From assembly GCA_003648765.1 (NCBI GenBank), contig QMPV01000004.1:1-50359 (forward strand): DNA of 50,359 nucleotides. The letters run 5' to 3'. Positions 1 through 9,056 of this stretch are shown here, in pieces. The position numbers were made by a program, and so were the translations under genes. Position 1 is the stretch's first letter; every line of letters begins with the position of its first letter. Source of the DNA: Candidatus Aminicenantes bacterium. Lineage in GTDB: Bacteria > Acidobacteriota > Aminicenantia > Aminicenantales > Aminicenantaceae. The notes beneath the pieces were generated by a model that was given only the letters and a program-made list of their open reading frames with translations, was not told the DNA's origin and made no database searches.

Positions 1-1
1 G

Positions 2-331
2 TTTAGTTGGCCTCTGGCTTGGGTGATTTTGCTTCTTATTGTTCTGAAAATTTTGGTTCTCATTGGACTGATCTCTCCTTTAACAAGTCTTCTCCATTTC
101 CCTTTTCCTTTTTCCCCTTGGTATGGCTTATGTTTTCTCTCCTCAGGAGTTATGGGGGTGACTTTCACCGTTTGTGTCTATCTTTGGTGGGGGTTGACTC
201 TCAGCCAGCTCTTTATGACTCTGGGGTTAATCAGTGTTATCTGTCTTGACTTTCTTAGTCCTTGGGTATTGCGTCTGGCTGTGGTTTGTAACAAGAAGGT
301 CTATGCTTGTCTCGACGAGGAGAACCAATGA
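2..331 (+). CDS. Integral membrane protein, 5'-truncated by the window edge; possibly partner of the downstream antiporter
   Basis: Frame is open from position 2 (FSWPLAWVILLL...) and very hydrophobic; its TGA overlaps the antiporter ATG (ATGA at 328-331). Confidence 0.6.
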   Translation, partial: FSWPLAWVILLLIVLKILVLIGLISPLTSLLHFPFPFSPWYGLCFLSSGVMGVTFTVCVYLWWGLTLSQLFMTLGLISVICLDFLSPWVLRLAVVCNKKVYACLDEENQ

Positions 332-1617
332 TTGAATTGTTGATTCTCTTGGCGGGTATGCTTCTCTGGCGATCAGAGATAATCCAGGTTTCTTTAGGGC
401 TGCAGTCAAGTCTAGCTCTTTCCTTTGGTTTTATCCTTCTCTTTGCTTTTTTAGTGGGGCAAAGAGTGGCTCGCTTCCAACTGCCTCAGATCACAGGTTT
501 TATTCTAGCTGGGATCCTGGGAGGGCCTTATTTATTGGGTTTTCTTTCCCATCACGATGTCCAAACGCTTCAGATATTTGATGGGCTCGCCTTGAGTTTA
601 ATTGCTCTCATTGCTGGTGGAGAGATGCGTCTCAGCCGTTTGAAACAGCAGTTGAGGGCTATTTTTCATCTTGTTTTCTGGCAGACGTTTTTTATTATCG
701 GTGGTTTCATAATGATTGGTTTTCTCCTCCCTTTAAAAATTTTTCACCAGCAAATCGGATATTTTGCGCCTTTGCCTTTTTTTCTCCTGTTAGGGACTTT
801 GGCCACAGCTACTTCTCCTTCAACTACTATTGCCGTCATTACCGAAACCAGATCCAAGGGGAGATTGACTGATCTTGTCTTAGGCACAGCCGTAGTTAAG
901 GATTTTGTGGTCATTCTCCTTTTTGCTTTTTCTCTTTCTTTGGTTAAATCGTGGGTGCAGGGAGGAGGTGAGTCCCCCGGGTTAGATTGGTTAGTTGTCT
1001 TTCGGCTTCTAGAGGAGGTTGGTGGCTCATTGTTGCTGGGGGTAGTTATCGGTGGAGGCCTGGTGCTTTATTTAAAATATATTCAACGGGAAGTGACTGT
1101 CTTTATTTTGAGCATTGCCTTTTTTTCTTATGAAATTTCTCATTCCTTGGGTTTCCATCCTCTATTAATTTGTCTCGTGGCTGGTTTTATCGTCGAGAAT
1201 TATTCTCCTTATGGGACTAATCTTATTAAGGCTATTAAGAAGGTGGCTTTACCCATTTTTGTTATTTTCTTTGCTATCTCCGGCGCCTCACTGGATATGA
1301 CTGCTTTACGGAAGAGCTGGCTGTTGGCTGTGGCTATAGTTTTAATTCGGAGCGCTTTAAAGTTTCTCGGCACCTTCAGCGGAGCCAGGTTAGGTGGAAC
1401 AAATTCCTTAATGAGGAGCTTTGGCTGGGCAGGCTTCATTTCCCAAGCAGGAGTGACCTTAGGTATGGCTATTATCATTGAGAAAGAAATTCCCCTGTGG
1501 GGAGCCCAGTTTAAAACTTTGCTCCTGGCTGTGATTGCTCTTAACCAAATCATTGGTCCCGTTCTTTTGCAAAAATTACTGGTTCGAAGCGGCGAGTCAG
1601 GCTGTAAGGAACTCTGA
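328..1617 (+). CDS. Cation:proton antiporter (Na+/H+ exchanger / Kef-type membrane domain)
   Basis: Many TM segments; motifs LPQITGFILAGILGGP, ATATSPSTTIAVITE, SQAGVTLG. Start placed at ATG 328 after GAGGAG. Confidence 0.85.
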   Translation: MIELLILLAGMLLWRSEIIQVSLGLQSSLALSFGFILLFAFLVGQRVARFQLPQITGFILAGILGGPYLLGFLSHHDVQTLQIFDGLALSLIALIAGGEMRLSRLKQQLRAIFHLVFWQTFFIIGGFIMIGFLLPLKIFHQQIGYFAPLPFFLLLGTLATATSPSTTIAVITETRSKGRLTDLVLGTAVVKDFVVILLFAFSLSLVKSWVQGGGESPGLDWLVVFRLLEEVGGSLLLGVVIGGGLVLYLKYIQREVTVFILSIAFFSYEISHSLGFHPLLICLVAGFIVENYSPYGTNLIKAIKKVALPIFVIFFAISGASLDMTALRKSWLLAVAIVLIRSALKFLGTFSGARLGGTNSLMRSFGWAGFISQAGVTLGMAIIIEKEIPLWGAQFKTLLLAVIALNQIIGPVLLQKLLVRSGESGCKEL

Positions 1618-2043
1618 CAATTGAGGATAAGCCCTGTTCTGCCTCTCTTTAAGGAGCTAGATTCTAAATTGGTCAATTGGAGTTGGGTCTTCCCCTCTCA
1701 TAAATCTTGTTTGGGAGTTGAGAAATTTGACTTCAAATCTTCATTTTTCCAGTTTGTTTAGACATGGCCCTCTGGATAAGGTCAGAAGGATTAAACTGAC
1801 TCAGGCCTTCACCCTTCACCTTTGGATAACATGGCTTTTTGTCATTTATCTCTTGGCCTCATCTAGAAATTCCTTTCTCTTACTAATCTACTGCCCTAGC
1901 CCAATAGAGATAATGGAAAGTTTTAGACCAGCTTGCCTGTAATTTTTTCTGTGAGAGGGCTGGCCTTTTGGTTAAAATTGAGAAATGAGAATTTGAGTCT
2001 AATTTTCAACAACTTTTGAATTTTTTAGTCAATCTTAGCCTCA

Positions 2044-2196
2044 TCTATTCATAAATTAAAAAATTTGATCCTAGAACAGCCAAAAATCTTAGGGGGTGAT
2101 TGGTCCAATCTTTTTTGGTTGTTCCCTCTCTCTTTTTTTTCTAACGTATTATATATCAATACGTTATGAAGGAAAAGATCTTTTTTTATGAATTAT
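2044..2196. repeat. Dispersed ~155-bp structured repeat, copy 1
   Basis: Aligns to the reverse complement of 26805-26961 with about 18 differences in 157 columns, including a 20-bp identical block AGAACAGCCAAAAATCTTAG. Confidence 0.9.
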
Positions 2197-2249
2197 CCAA
2201 GTTAGATGTTTATTAGTGGCGAAAGCTAAAACAATGAGCAGGAATTAAA

Positions 2250-3050
2250 TTAATCTTTTTCCCTCAAGATAAACACCCGTTGGCCTTGGCCTAGCTGGCG
2301 AGCCTTAGCTATCTGACGTTGGACGAAGTCAATGGCCTGGCCGACTGCTTCGATTAGTGATTTCTTTTGAGCCAAAAAGGCAACAATCGCCGAAGAAAGG
2401 AGACAGCCTGTGCCATGGACCGAGAAGGGGAATTTTTTATGGGAAAAGCAATAAATCTTTCCTTCCAGAGTCAGAATATCAGTCGGAGCACCTGAGAGAT
2501 GTCCGCCTTTAATTAAACAAGCACCTTGGGTAAAGGAGCTTATTTTTTGAGCAGCTTTTTTCATTTCGTTGACTGTTTGAATTTTTTGGGCTACCAGCAA
2601 TTCAGCTTCGTCAAGATTTGGCGTTATTAACGTAGCCAACGGTAGGATTTTTTTGATGTACTCAGGCAAAAATTGAGGCTTAAAAAATTCTTGACCGCCA
2701 CTTGAAGAGAAGACGGGGTCAATTACTCGAGGCAGAGAGGAATTTTCCTGGAGAATCTGAGACAGGGCCTCGAGCTGGGCCAGCGAACTGATAAGACCCA
2801 CTTTAATTCCCTGGAAAGAGAAGTCTTCTTTTAATGTCTTATATTGTTGCCAAATGAATTCAGGGGCAAGTGGTTGCCAAGATTTGACGCCTTGGGTGTT
2901 TTGGACAGTCAAGGTAGTCACCACCGCCAGACCATGGAAATTGAAGTGGTGGAAGACCTTTAAATCAAGAAGTAGGCCAGCTCCTCCGGAAGGGTCAAAC
3001 CCAGCCACACTTAAAAGACTTTTTCCCGAAAGGCCGACCGCAGCTTTCAT
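2250..3050 (-). CDS. thiD: Hydroxymethylpyrimidine/phosphomethylpyrimidine kinase
   Basis: AGFDPSGGAG, TVQNTQGV, LITPNLDEA, IKGGH and HGTGC motifs. Confidence 0.85.
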   Translation of the reverse strand: MKAAVGLSGKSLLSVAGFDPSGGAGLLLDLKVFHHFNFHGLAVVTTLTVQNTQGVKSWQPLAPEFIWQQYKTLKEDFSFQGIKVGLISSLAQLEALSQILQENSSLPRVIDPVFSSSGGQEFFKPQFLPEYIKKILPLATLITPNLDEAELLVAQKIQTVNEMKKAAQKISSFTQGACLIKGGHLSGAPTDILTLEGKIYCFSHKKFPFSVHGTGCLLSSAIVAFLAQKKSLIEAVGQAIDFVQRQIAKARQLGQGQRVFILREKD

Positions 3051-3526
3051 CTTTAGAAGTTTTCTACCAGAGTCGGACTACCAAGTCAAATCTGTCCCCT
3101 TTCCTTTAAATAAATAGCTTTCTCGTCAGAGCAAATTCATCTATCTTGTCTTCCAGACACTAAAGAAAATGGGAAAAACATCATTATTTCTGGGATGATC
3201 GAGCTGCCAGCGCAATTGGGAATTACATCTTCACCTTTCAATTTTGAAGAAAAAATTCTTTGTCCCGTCCCCAATAGACTAAGCTTAAAACATTTTCTCC
3301 CTTGGGGCTTTGCCCTATCCAAGAAGATAGTCAATAAAATAGAGGAAGAAAATCAAATTCCAAGCGAACCAAAATTTGCTTCATCAGCTTTCACCAAATT
3401 CAGGTCAAGGGGGGAAAAGTGAAGACCCGAACCCCTCTGTTGGCCCACTTATTTTCCAGAAATGAAGATGCTGACGAGAAATATTGGCTTCTTTATAATT
3501 TTGTGTTAACATGAATTTACTCAAAG

Positions 3527-3799
3527 ATGGTCAGGCTTCATGTTTATGTTTCTGGATTAGTTCAAGGGGTATTTTATCGGGATCATACCCGGAGATGGGC
3601 CGATTCCTTAGGAATTAAAGGTTGGGTTCGAAATCTGCCTGATGGTCGGGTAGAGGCAGTCCTGGAAGGGGAAAGGGATAAAGTAGAGGCTCTTCTTCAA
3701 AGAATGGAAGAAGGACCACCTTTGGCCCGAGTGGAAAAAATAGAGGTGGAGTGGGAAGATTATCAAGGGGAATTTAACGACTTTCGTATTCGCTGGTGA
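3527..3799 (+). CDS. acyP: Acylphosphatase
   Basis: VSGLVQGVFYR and GWVRNLPDGRVE signatures; 90 aa. Confidence 0.95.
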   Translation: MVRLHVYVSGLVQGVFYRDHTRRWADSLGIKGWVRNLPDGRVEAVLEGERDKVEALLQRMEEGPPLARVEKIEVEWEDYQGEFNDFRIRW

Positions 3800-3855
3800 T
3801 TCACCTCCCTCGGAATAGAAATGATAACATTCTTTTATGGTGAAGAGAGGTAAAA

Positions 3856-4179
3856 ATGCCTTATATTAAAAAGGACAATCATATTAAAGTAGAAGTTTTT
3901 GAAGGGGTGACCAGAATAACTTTGGCCTGTGGTAAAGATATTTTACTGGCTAGGTTTGAGTATAAAAAAGGTTCCCGGGTACCTCCTCATTCCCATGCCT
4001 ATGAACAGGTCACCCACGTGTTAAAAGGAAAACAGAGAATTATCATTATGATGGAAGATAAGCGGGAGGATTTTATCGTTGAAGAAGGGGATTCTTATAT
4101 TGTCCCCGCCAATCACGATCATGAGCAGATTACGTTGGAGGAGGCAATTACCATAGATTCATGGAGTTTAGCTATTTAA
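3856..4179 (+). CDS. Cupin domain protein
   Basis: PPHSHAYEQ...G and GDSYIVPANHDH cupin motifs; GAGAGG RBS. Confidence 0.85.
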   Translation: MPYIKKDNHIKVEVFEGVTRITLACGKDILLARFEYKKGSRVPPHSHAYEQVTHVLKGKQRIIIMMEDKREDFIVEEGDSYIVPANHDHEQITLEEAITIDSWSLAI

Positions 4180-4467
4180 ACTAGGTCTTGTCTTTTTATC
4201 TTTTTTAACTTCGGCCAAAAATTTCTGCTGACATTTTTCTGAACAAAAATAATATGTCTTTCCTTGAAAATTAAGTGAAATGGCTTCATCCTGGGGGAGA
4301 TAAGTTTGGCAGACCTCATCTTTGACCATAATCTGAGAGGAGACAGCTGTAGAGGCTTTTTTGGAACGGGCTTGGCTTTTTTTTAAGGCCTGAAAAAACC
4401 GTAGGACTTGGTAAATAAGATAAAAAAGTAAGACGTAGAAGATGAGACGAAAAAAGCTAGACATCAT
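4168..4467 (-). CDS. YHS-domain small membrane-anchored protein
   Basis: N-terminal TM helix; MVKDEVCQTY...YYFCSEKC YHS/TRASH motif. Confidence 0.85.
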   Translation of the reverse strand: MMSSFFRLIFYVLLFYLIYQVLRFFQALKKSQARSKKASTAVSSQIMVKDEVCQTYLPQDEAISLNFQGKTYYFCSEKCQQKFLAEVKKDKKTRPSLNS

Positions 4468-4473
4468 GAAGAT

Positions 4474-4502
4474 AATTTAGAGTAATCCCAGAAACTTGTC
4501 AA
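4474..4502 (-). promoter_or_regulatory. sigma70-like promoter of the YHS gene (probably leaderless)
   Basis: TTGACA-17-TAAATT; the ATG lies 7 nt after the -10 box. Confidence 0.65.
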
Positions 4503-5025
4503 ATAAGCTCTAATTTATGGTCGAAAGAGTTAGGACTTCCCTTTTCTCTTAATCCATCGAAGTTAACAGCAACTCCAGCCAGAACATCCAGGTAGAGTTA
4601 GGATTTCCCCTTTAATGTTGGGGTGGACAGGGCAGTGAGAAAGATTATTTCCTTGCTTTCAAATAAATTTTTCTTCCCTTTTTTGGGACTCAAAGGGGGG
4701 AGGTAAAGTCTTGATCCCGCTTAGCTATTCTGGCTTGATTTAAAAGAACCTATCAAAATAAAGGTATAAGGTGAAGAGTTGTCCCTAAATTTTCTATAGA
4801 GAGCCTCAAATTATAATAAACCAAAGCCAACTAGACTAAAGGGAAGAGCCAAAAACTTAACCCCAAAAAGCTGGGGAGCTAAAATATTAACCTCCATCTC
4901 TCAGGCATTCATTAAGACTATGAATCTAAGACATAGACTTGATTTATCTCCAGGGAGAAGATAAGATGAACACAAAGATGATGTTTTATTCAGAATTTTA
5001 TAACTCTTAAGCGAGAGGGTGTAAT

Positions 5026-6171
5026 ATGGATTTTTTATTTTCAGAAGAACAACAACTCCTCAAGGAGTCCATCCGGAACTTTGCTGAAAAGGAAATTCTT
5101 CCTTATGTCCGAGAATGGGATCAACAGGGTCGGTGGCCGAAGGAATTAACTCGGAAGCTGGGAGAGATGGGGCTTCTGGGAATTATTATTCCGCCTGAAT
5201 ATTCAGGAGCTGGATATTCCAATGTTGATTATGTAATTATTTTGGAAGAATTGTCCAAAGTTGATCCTGCCGTTGGCCTAGTGGTAGCTGCCCATAACTC
5301 CCTTTGTTCCAATCATATTAACCTTTTTGGGAGTGAGGCTCAGAAAAAGAAGTATCTAACTCGTCTAGCCGCCGGAGAGACGTTGGGTGCCTGGGGCTTA
5401 ACCGAAGCCGGAGCTGGGTCAGACGCGGCGGCCATTAAGACAAGAGCTGTGAAGAAAGGAGATAAGTATATTCTCAATGGTTCTAAATTATTTATTACCA
5501 ATGGCTCCCTAGCCGAAATCTTAGTTATCATGGCGGTTACTGATCCGGAGAAGAAAAGACAGGGGATTTCGGCTTTTATCGTAGAAAAAGATATGCCTGG
5601 TTTTCGGCCCGGAAAGAAAGAAGATAAACTGGGAATTAGAGCTGCTGACACGGCGGAATTAATTTTTGAAGATGTAGAAGTGCCAGCAGAGAATTTAATC
5701 GGTCAAGAAGGTCAAGGTTACCGGCAGGCCATGGCTATTCTCGATGGAGGACGGGTAAGTATTGCTGGCTTCTCTCTGGGGATTGCGGCGGGAGCTTTGG
5801 AAATGGCTCTTAAATTTGCCAAAGAAAGGGAACAATTTAATCAGCCAATTGCTAATTTTCAGGCTATTCAATGGATGCTAGCTGATGGCTTTACTGAACT
5901 GGAAGCGGCTCGTTTATTAACCTATCGAGCTGCCTTTTTAGAGGATCAAGGGAAAAAAATACCCAAAGAATCGGCTATGGCTAAGCTATATGCCAGTGAG
6001 CTGGCTGTCCGGGCTTCTTCAATGGCTGTTCAAATTCATGGGGGCTATGGTTTCACCAAAGATTATCTGGTGGAAAAATTTTATCGTGATTCCAAACTAG
6101 CCACTATTGGTGAGGGGACTTCTGAAATTCAGAGATGGATTATTGCTCATCGTATTCTCCAGGAGTTTTAG
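5026..6171 (+). CDS. Acyl-CoA dehydrogenase (short/branched-chain type)
   Basis: GLTEAGAGSDA, LNGSKLFITNG, QIHGGYGF, IGEGTSEIQR motifs. Confidence 0.95.
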   Translation: MDFLFSEEQQLLKESIRNFAEKEILPYVREWDQQGRWPKELTRKLGEMGLLGIIIPPEYSGAGYSNVDYVIILEELSKVDPAVGLVVAAHNSLCSNHINLFGSEAQKKKYLTRLAAGETLGAWGLTEAGAGSDAAAIKTRAVKKGDKYILNGSKLFITNGSLAEILVIMAVTDPEKKRQGISAFIVEKDMPGFRPGKKEDKLGIRAADTAELIFEDVEVPAENLIGQEGQGYRQAMAILDGGRVSIAGFSLGIAAGALEMALKFAKEREQFNQPIANFQAIQWMLADGFTELEAARLLTYRAAFLEDQGKKIPKESAMAKLYASELAVRASSMAVQIHGGYGFTKDYLVEKFYRDSKLATIGEGTSEIQRWIIAHRILQEF

Positions 6172-6217
6172 CTCTCTGCCTCCTTTTTCCAACTATTCAC
6201 CACGTGAATAATAATAG

Positions 6218-7165
6218 GTGAGGATGGAAATATCAGAAGTAGCGGCGGGAATTTTAGCGGGCCACCCTCGAGCTATAGCCAAAGGGATATCTCTATTCGA
6301 AAATAATTCCCGAAGAGCCAAAGAATTAATGAAGCAGATATTTCCTTATTCAGGTTCAGCTATAGTGATTGGGCTGACTGGCTCACCAGGAGCTGGTAAG
6401 AGCACCCTTTTAGACCAATTGATTGCCTCTTTCCGGAAGATAGGCAAGAAAATTGGCTTGATTGCTGTGGACCCTTCCAGCCCTTTTACCGGAGGGGCAA
6501 TTCTCGGGGACCGCATCCGGATGATGCGTCATAGCCTCGATGATGAAGTTTTCATCCGCAGTATGGCCACCCGAGGTAATCTTGGCGGGTTGGCCAAAGC
6601 TACAGGCGAAGCCGTGACTGTACTTGAGGCTGCAGGTAAAGAGATAATTTTTGTGGAAACAGTGGGGGTGGGACAGGATGAGGTGGAAATCGTCAAGCTG
6701 GCGGATATAGTTGTTGTGGTTTTAACCCCGGGAGCTGGGGATGATATTCAGATTTTTAAGGCCGGTTTAATGGAAATAGCAGATATTTTTGTTCTCAATA
6801 AAGCCGATTCTCCTGAAACAGACCGGACCGAAAGACAGCTCCGGGCCATGCTCGAGTTAGGCGGTTCAGGAGATAAAGAGATTCCGGTAGTCAAGACTAT
6901 CGCCACTGAGGGCTTCGGAGTGAAGGAATTAACTCAAGAATTATTAAAGTTTATTCAGACTCCGAGAAATTCAAAGCAGGCAAGAAAAAGACAACAGTTG
7001 TTAGAGGCCATGGTCAGAGATATTGTCAGTCAGGAAGTCTTTGGGTTGATTCAAAAGAAAATAAATGCCAAGAAACTTGGTGAGTTGATGCAGAAATTGT
7101 GGTGTCGTCAGTTAGATCCTTATTCTCTGGCGGAAATTCTTTTGCGCACGGCTTTGGAGGAGTAA
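6218..7165 (+). CDS. meaB: Methylmalonyl-CoA mutase-associated GTPase
   Basis: GSPGAGKST, VDPSSPFTGGAILGDRIRM, RSMATRG, ETVGVGQDE, NKAD. Confidence 0.95.
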   Translation: MRMEISEVAAGILAGHPRAIAKGISLFENNSRRAKELMKQIFPYSGSAIVIGLTGSPGAGKSTLLDQLIASFRKIGKKIGLIAVDPSSPFTGGAILGDRIRMMRHSLDDEVFIRSMATRGNLGGLAKATGEAVTVLEAAGKEIIFVETVGVGQDEVEIVKLADIVVVVLTPGAGDDIQIFKAGLMEIADIFVLNKADSPETDRTERQLRAMLELGGSGDKEIPVVKTIATEGFGVKELTQELLKFIQTPRNSKQARKRQQLLEAMVRDIVSQEVFGLIQKKINAKKLGELMQKLWCRQLDPYSLAEILLRTALEE

Positions 7166-7585
7166 ATGTCGCGGATAAAAGGTTTGGATCATATCGCTGT
7201 GGCTGTCCGGGATTTGGAAGAAGCTCTCAAAATCTGGCAAGAGAAACTCGGTTTAATCTTAGAAAAAGTAGAAGAGGTGGAATCGGAAGGAATTAAAGTA
7301 GCCCACCTCCGTACCCCTGAAGGCTTCACCATTGAGTTGATGACTCCCCTTGTTTCTGGTTCCTCTCTGGAGAAGTTCCTTGCCCAAAAAGGAGAGGGGC
7401 TTCATCATCTATGTTTTGAAGTGGAAGATATTGACCAGTGGGAAGAAGACCTTACCAGTCGAGGAATTTCATTTTTACCTGGATATCCAAAAGCGGGCTC
7501 GCGCCAAACCATTATTGCCTTTGTTCATCCCCGCTCTATGACAGGGGTACTGGTTGAGTTTGCTCAGCCAAAGGGAAGTAAATAA
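7166..7585 (+). CDS. mce: Methylmalonyl-CoA epimerase
   Basis: LDHIAVAV, GEGLHHLCFEV, FVHPRSMTGVLVE; adjacent to meaB. Confidence 0.9.
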   Translation: MSRIKGLDHIAVAVRDLEEALKIWQEKLGLILEKVEEVESEGIKVAHLRTPEGFTIELMTPLVSGSSLEKFLAQKGEGLHHLCFEVEDIDQWEEDLTSRGISFLPGYPKAGSRQTIIAFVHPRSMTGVLVEFAQPKGSK

Positions 7586-7592
7586 AGTTACT

Positions 7593-8090
7593 TTAACTGT
7601 AATAAAGGGCTAGAACCCAACGAGCGAAATCTTGAGCGTCGGCAATATCGTTTTTGTCAGGATGATGTTGGGCACTAGCGGCCATCACCGCCCAAGCTCG
7701 ATGCTCGGGTAGTTTTTGGAATAGTTCCCTGGCTTCGGGGGAGACTTTCCCTCGACAGGTGAAGGATCCTAGAAGATGAGCTTGCGGCAATAGAGAAAGG
7801 GCATGTTCCAACGCTTCTCGGGAAAAACGACTCCCTGTGTGGGACCCATGAGTAGAAAAAAGGGCAATTTTTTTCCCTGGGGGGAAAGATTTCAAGAAAT
7901 TTTCCACCGGATAAGGGACACTGTGAGTGTGGACAGGAAAGCCAATAAAGAAAAGATCATAGCCTTCAAGATATTTCACCTGGTCAAGGGGTTGAATTTC
8001 CTTGGGGTTAGGTAAAACATCAAAAATTGCTTGAGCGATAGTCTGAGTGTTGCCGGTAAGAGAGAAATAGGCTACCAGAATCTTGGCCAT
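7593..8090 (-). CDS. Flavodoxin-family protein
   Basis: VAYFSLTGNT FMN loop; C-terminal HPDxxD motif. Confidence 0.85.
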   Translation of the reverse strand: MAKILVAYFSLTGNTQTIAQAIFDVLPNPKEIQPLDQVKYLEGYDLFFIGFPVHTHSVPYPVENFLKSFPPGKKIALFSTHGSHTGSRFSREALEHALSLLPQAHLLGSFTCRGKVSPEARELFQKLPEHRAWAVMAASAQHHPDKNDIADAQDFARWVLALYYS

Positions 8091-8111
8091 GGGTAATTCC
8101 TTTACTATTTA

Positions 8112-9026
8112 TTAAAAATTGAATCTTAATCCTATTTTAAAACTGAAACCTCCAAAATTGAAGATTGCCTGGCGAACATCACGGATGTTCTCCCCAGAGG
8201 GGCGTTTTTTGGCTCCTTGGAGAAATCGGTAATACTGGGACAGGTTCCCTGGTTTGCTTTCATAGAAATAAAGACTGGCTTTATCGGTTCTATTTTCGCC
8301 GGTGTAATCACTGTAATTAAGGGTTCCTTTAAAACCATCGGTGGAGTTCCAGATTTGTTCCAGGGAAGCAAAGATACTGAAAAAGCGAAAAGGCGAGTAT
8401 TCCAGGCCTAATTCAGCAAAATAGCCTAGTGATTCTGAGCGGTAGGAGCAATCTTTGTTAAACCAGTAAAGGAATTCTTTTCCGAGGACATCAAAACGAG
8501 CTTCGTATTCTTCGTATTTTTTATAGGAAATAAAAATAATGTGACGACCAAGAGAAATATTAACGGCCAAAGGTTGGAAAAAAGGGAGGGCTTGACGATA
8601 GTTAAAACCAATCTTTAAAGGCAGGAAAGAAACCTGGTTGCGAAGGAAGTGAGTTTCTGTTTGGTTGTTCTCAGTTTTAAGGAATTGCACCTGACCTTCG
8701 GCTTGCGAAGAAAAATGACTGCCTGAAAAGGCAAGGGAAAAGCCAGGCAGAATAGCTATTCTGAGTCCCATTTCTAAGGAAGGAGAATATTGGAGGGTAG
8801 GAAATTGCCCATTTAAGCTACCCTTTTTGCTGGCAGCCCAGTCCTGCCAAAGTTGATTGTAAGAGGTAAGCCATTGATCTAGATCATTAACCGGAAAGGA
8901 AGGAAAACAATAATTGACTTGAAAACTAATTTTTTCAGCAGGCAGGTAACTGAGGGATAAAGTTAAAAAGAAAATTATCCCTAAGGCTAGTGAACGAATG
9001 GTTTTGTTCTTCATTGGATTAATCAT
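8112..9026 (-). CDS. Exported protein, probable outer-membrane beta-barrel
   Basis: Signal peptide, amphipathic beta strands, C-terminal FSFKIGLRFNF with terminal Phe. Confidence 0.65.
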   Translation of the reverse strand: MINPMKNKTIRSLALGIIFFLTLSLSYLPAEKISFQVNYCFPSFPVNDLDQWLTSYNQLWQDWAASKKGSLNGQFPTLQYSPSLEMGLRIAILPGFSLAFSGSHFSSQAEGQVQFLKTENNQTETHFLRNQVSFLPLKIGFNYRQALPFFQPLAVNISLGRHIIFISYKKYEEYEARFDVLGKEFLYWFNKDCSYRSESLGYFAELGLEYSPFRFFSIFASLEQIWNSTDGFKGTLNYSDYTGENRTDKASLYFYESKPGNLSQYYRFLQGAKKRPSGENIRDVRQAIFNFGGFSFKIGLRFNF

Positions 9027-9056
9027 TCTCCCATAAAATTGATGAAATTACCATCT

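Noticed and set aside
3051-3300. TPP riboswitch upstream of thiD
   Set aside because: No CTGAGA/ACCTG core, and the promoter sits right against the start codon.
4526-4680. CRISPR array suggested by two ~19-bp repeats 68 bp apart
   Set aside because: Only two imperfect units, no third at the expected spacing, and no cas genes.
5026-7585. meaB-mce without a mutase as a novel pathway
   Set aside because: Split mutase genes are often elsewhere in the genome; this cannot be judged from the window.
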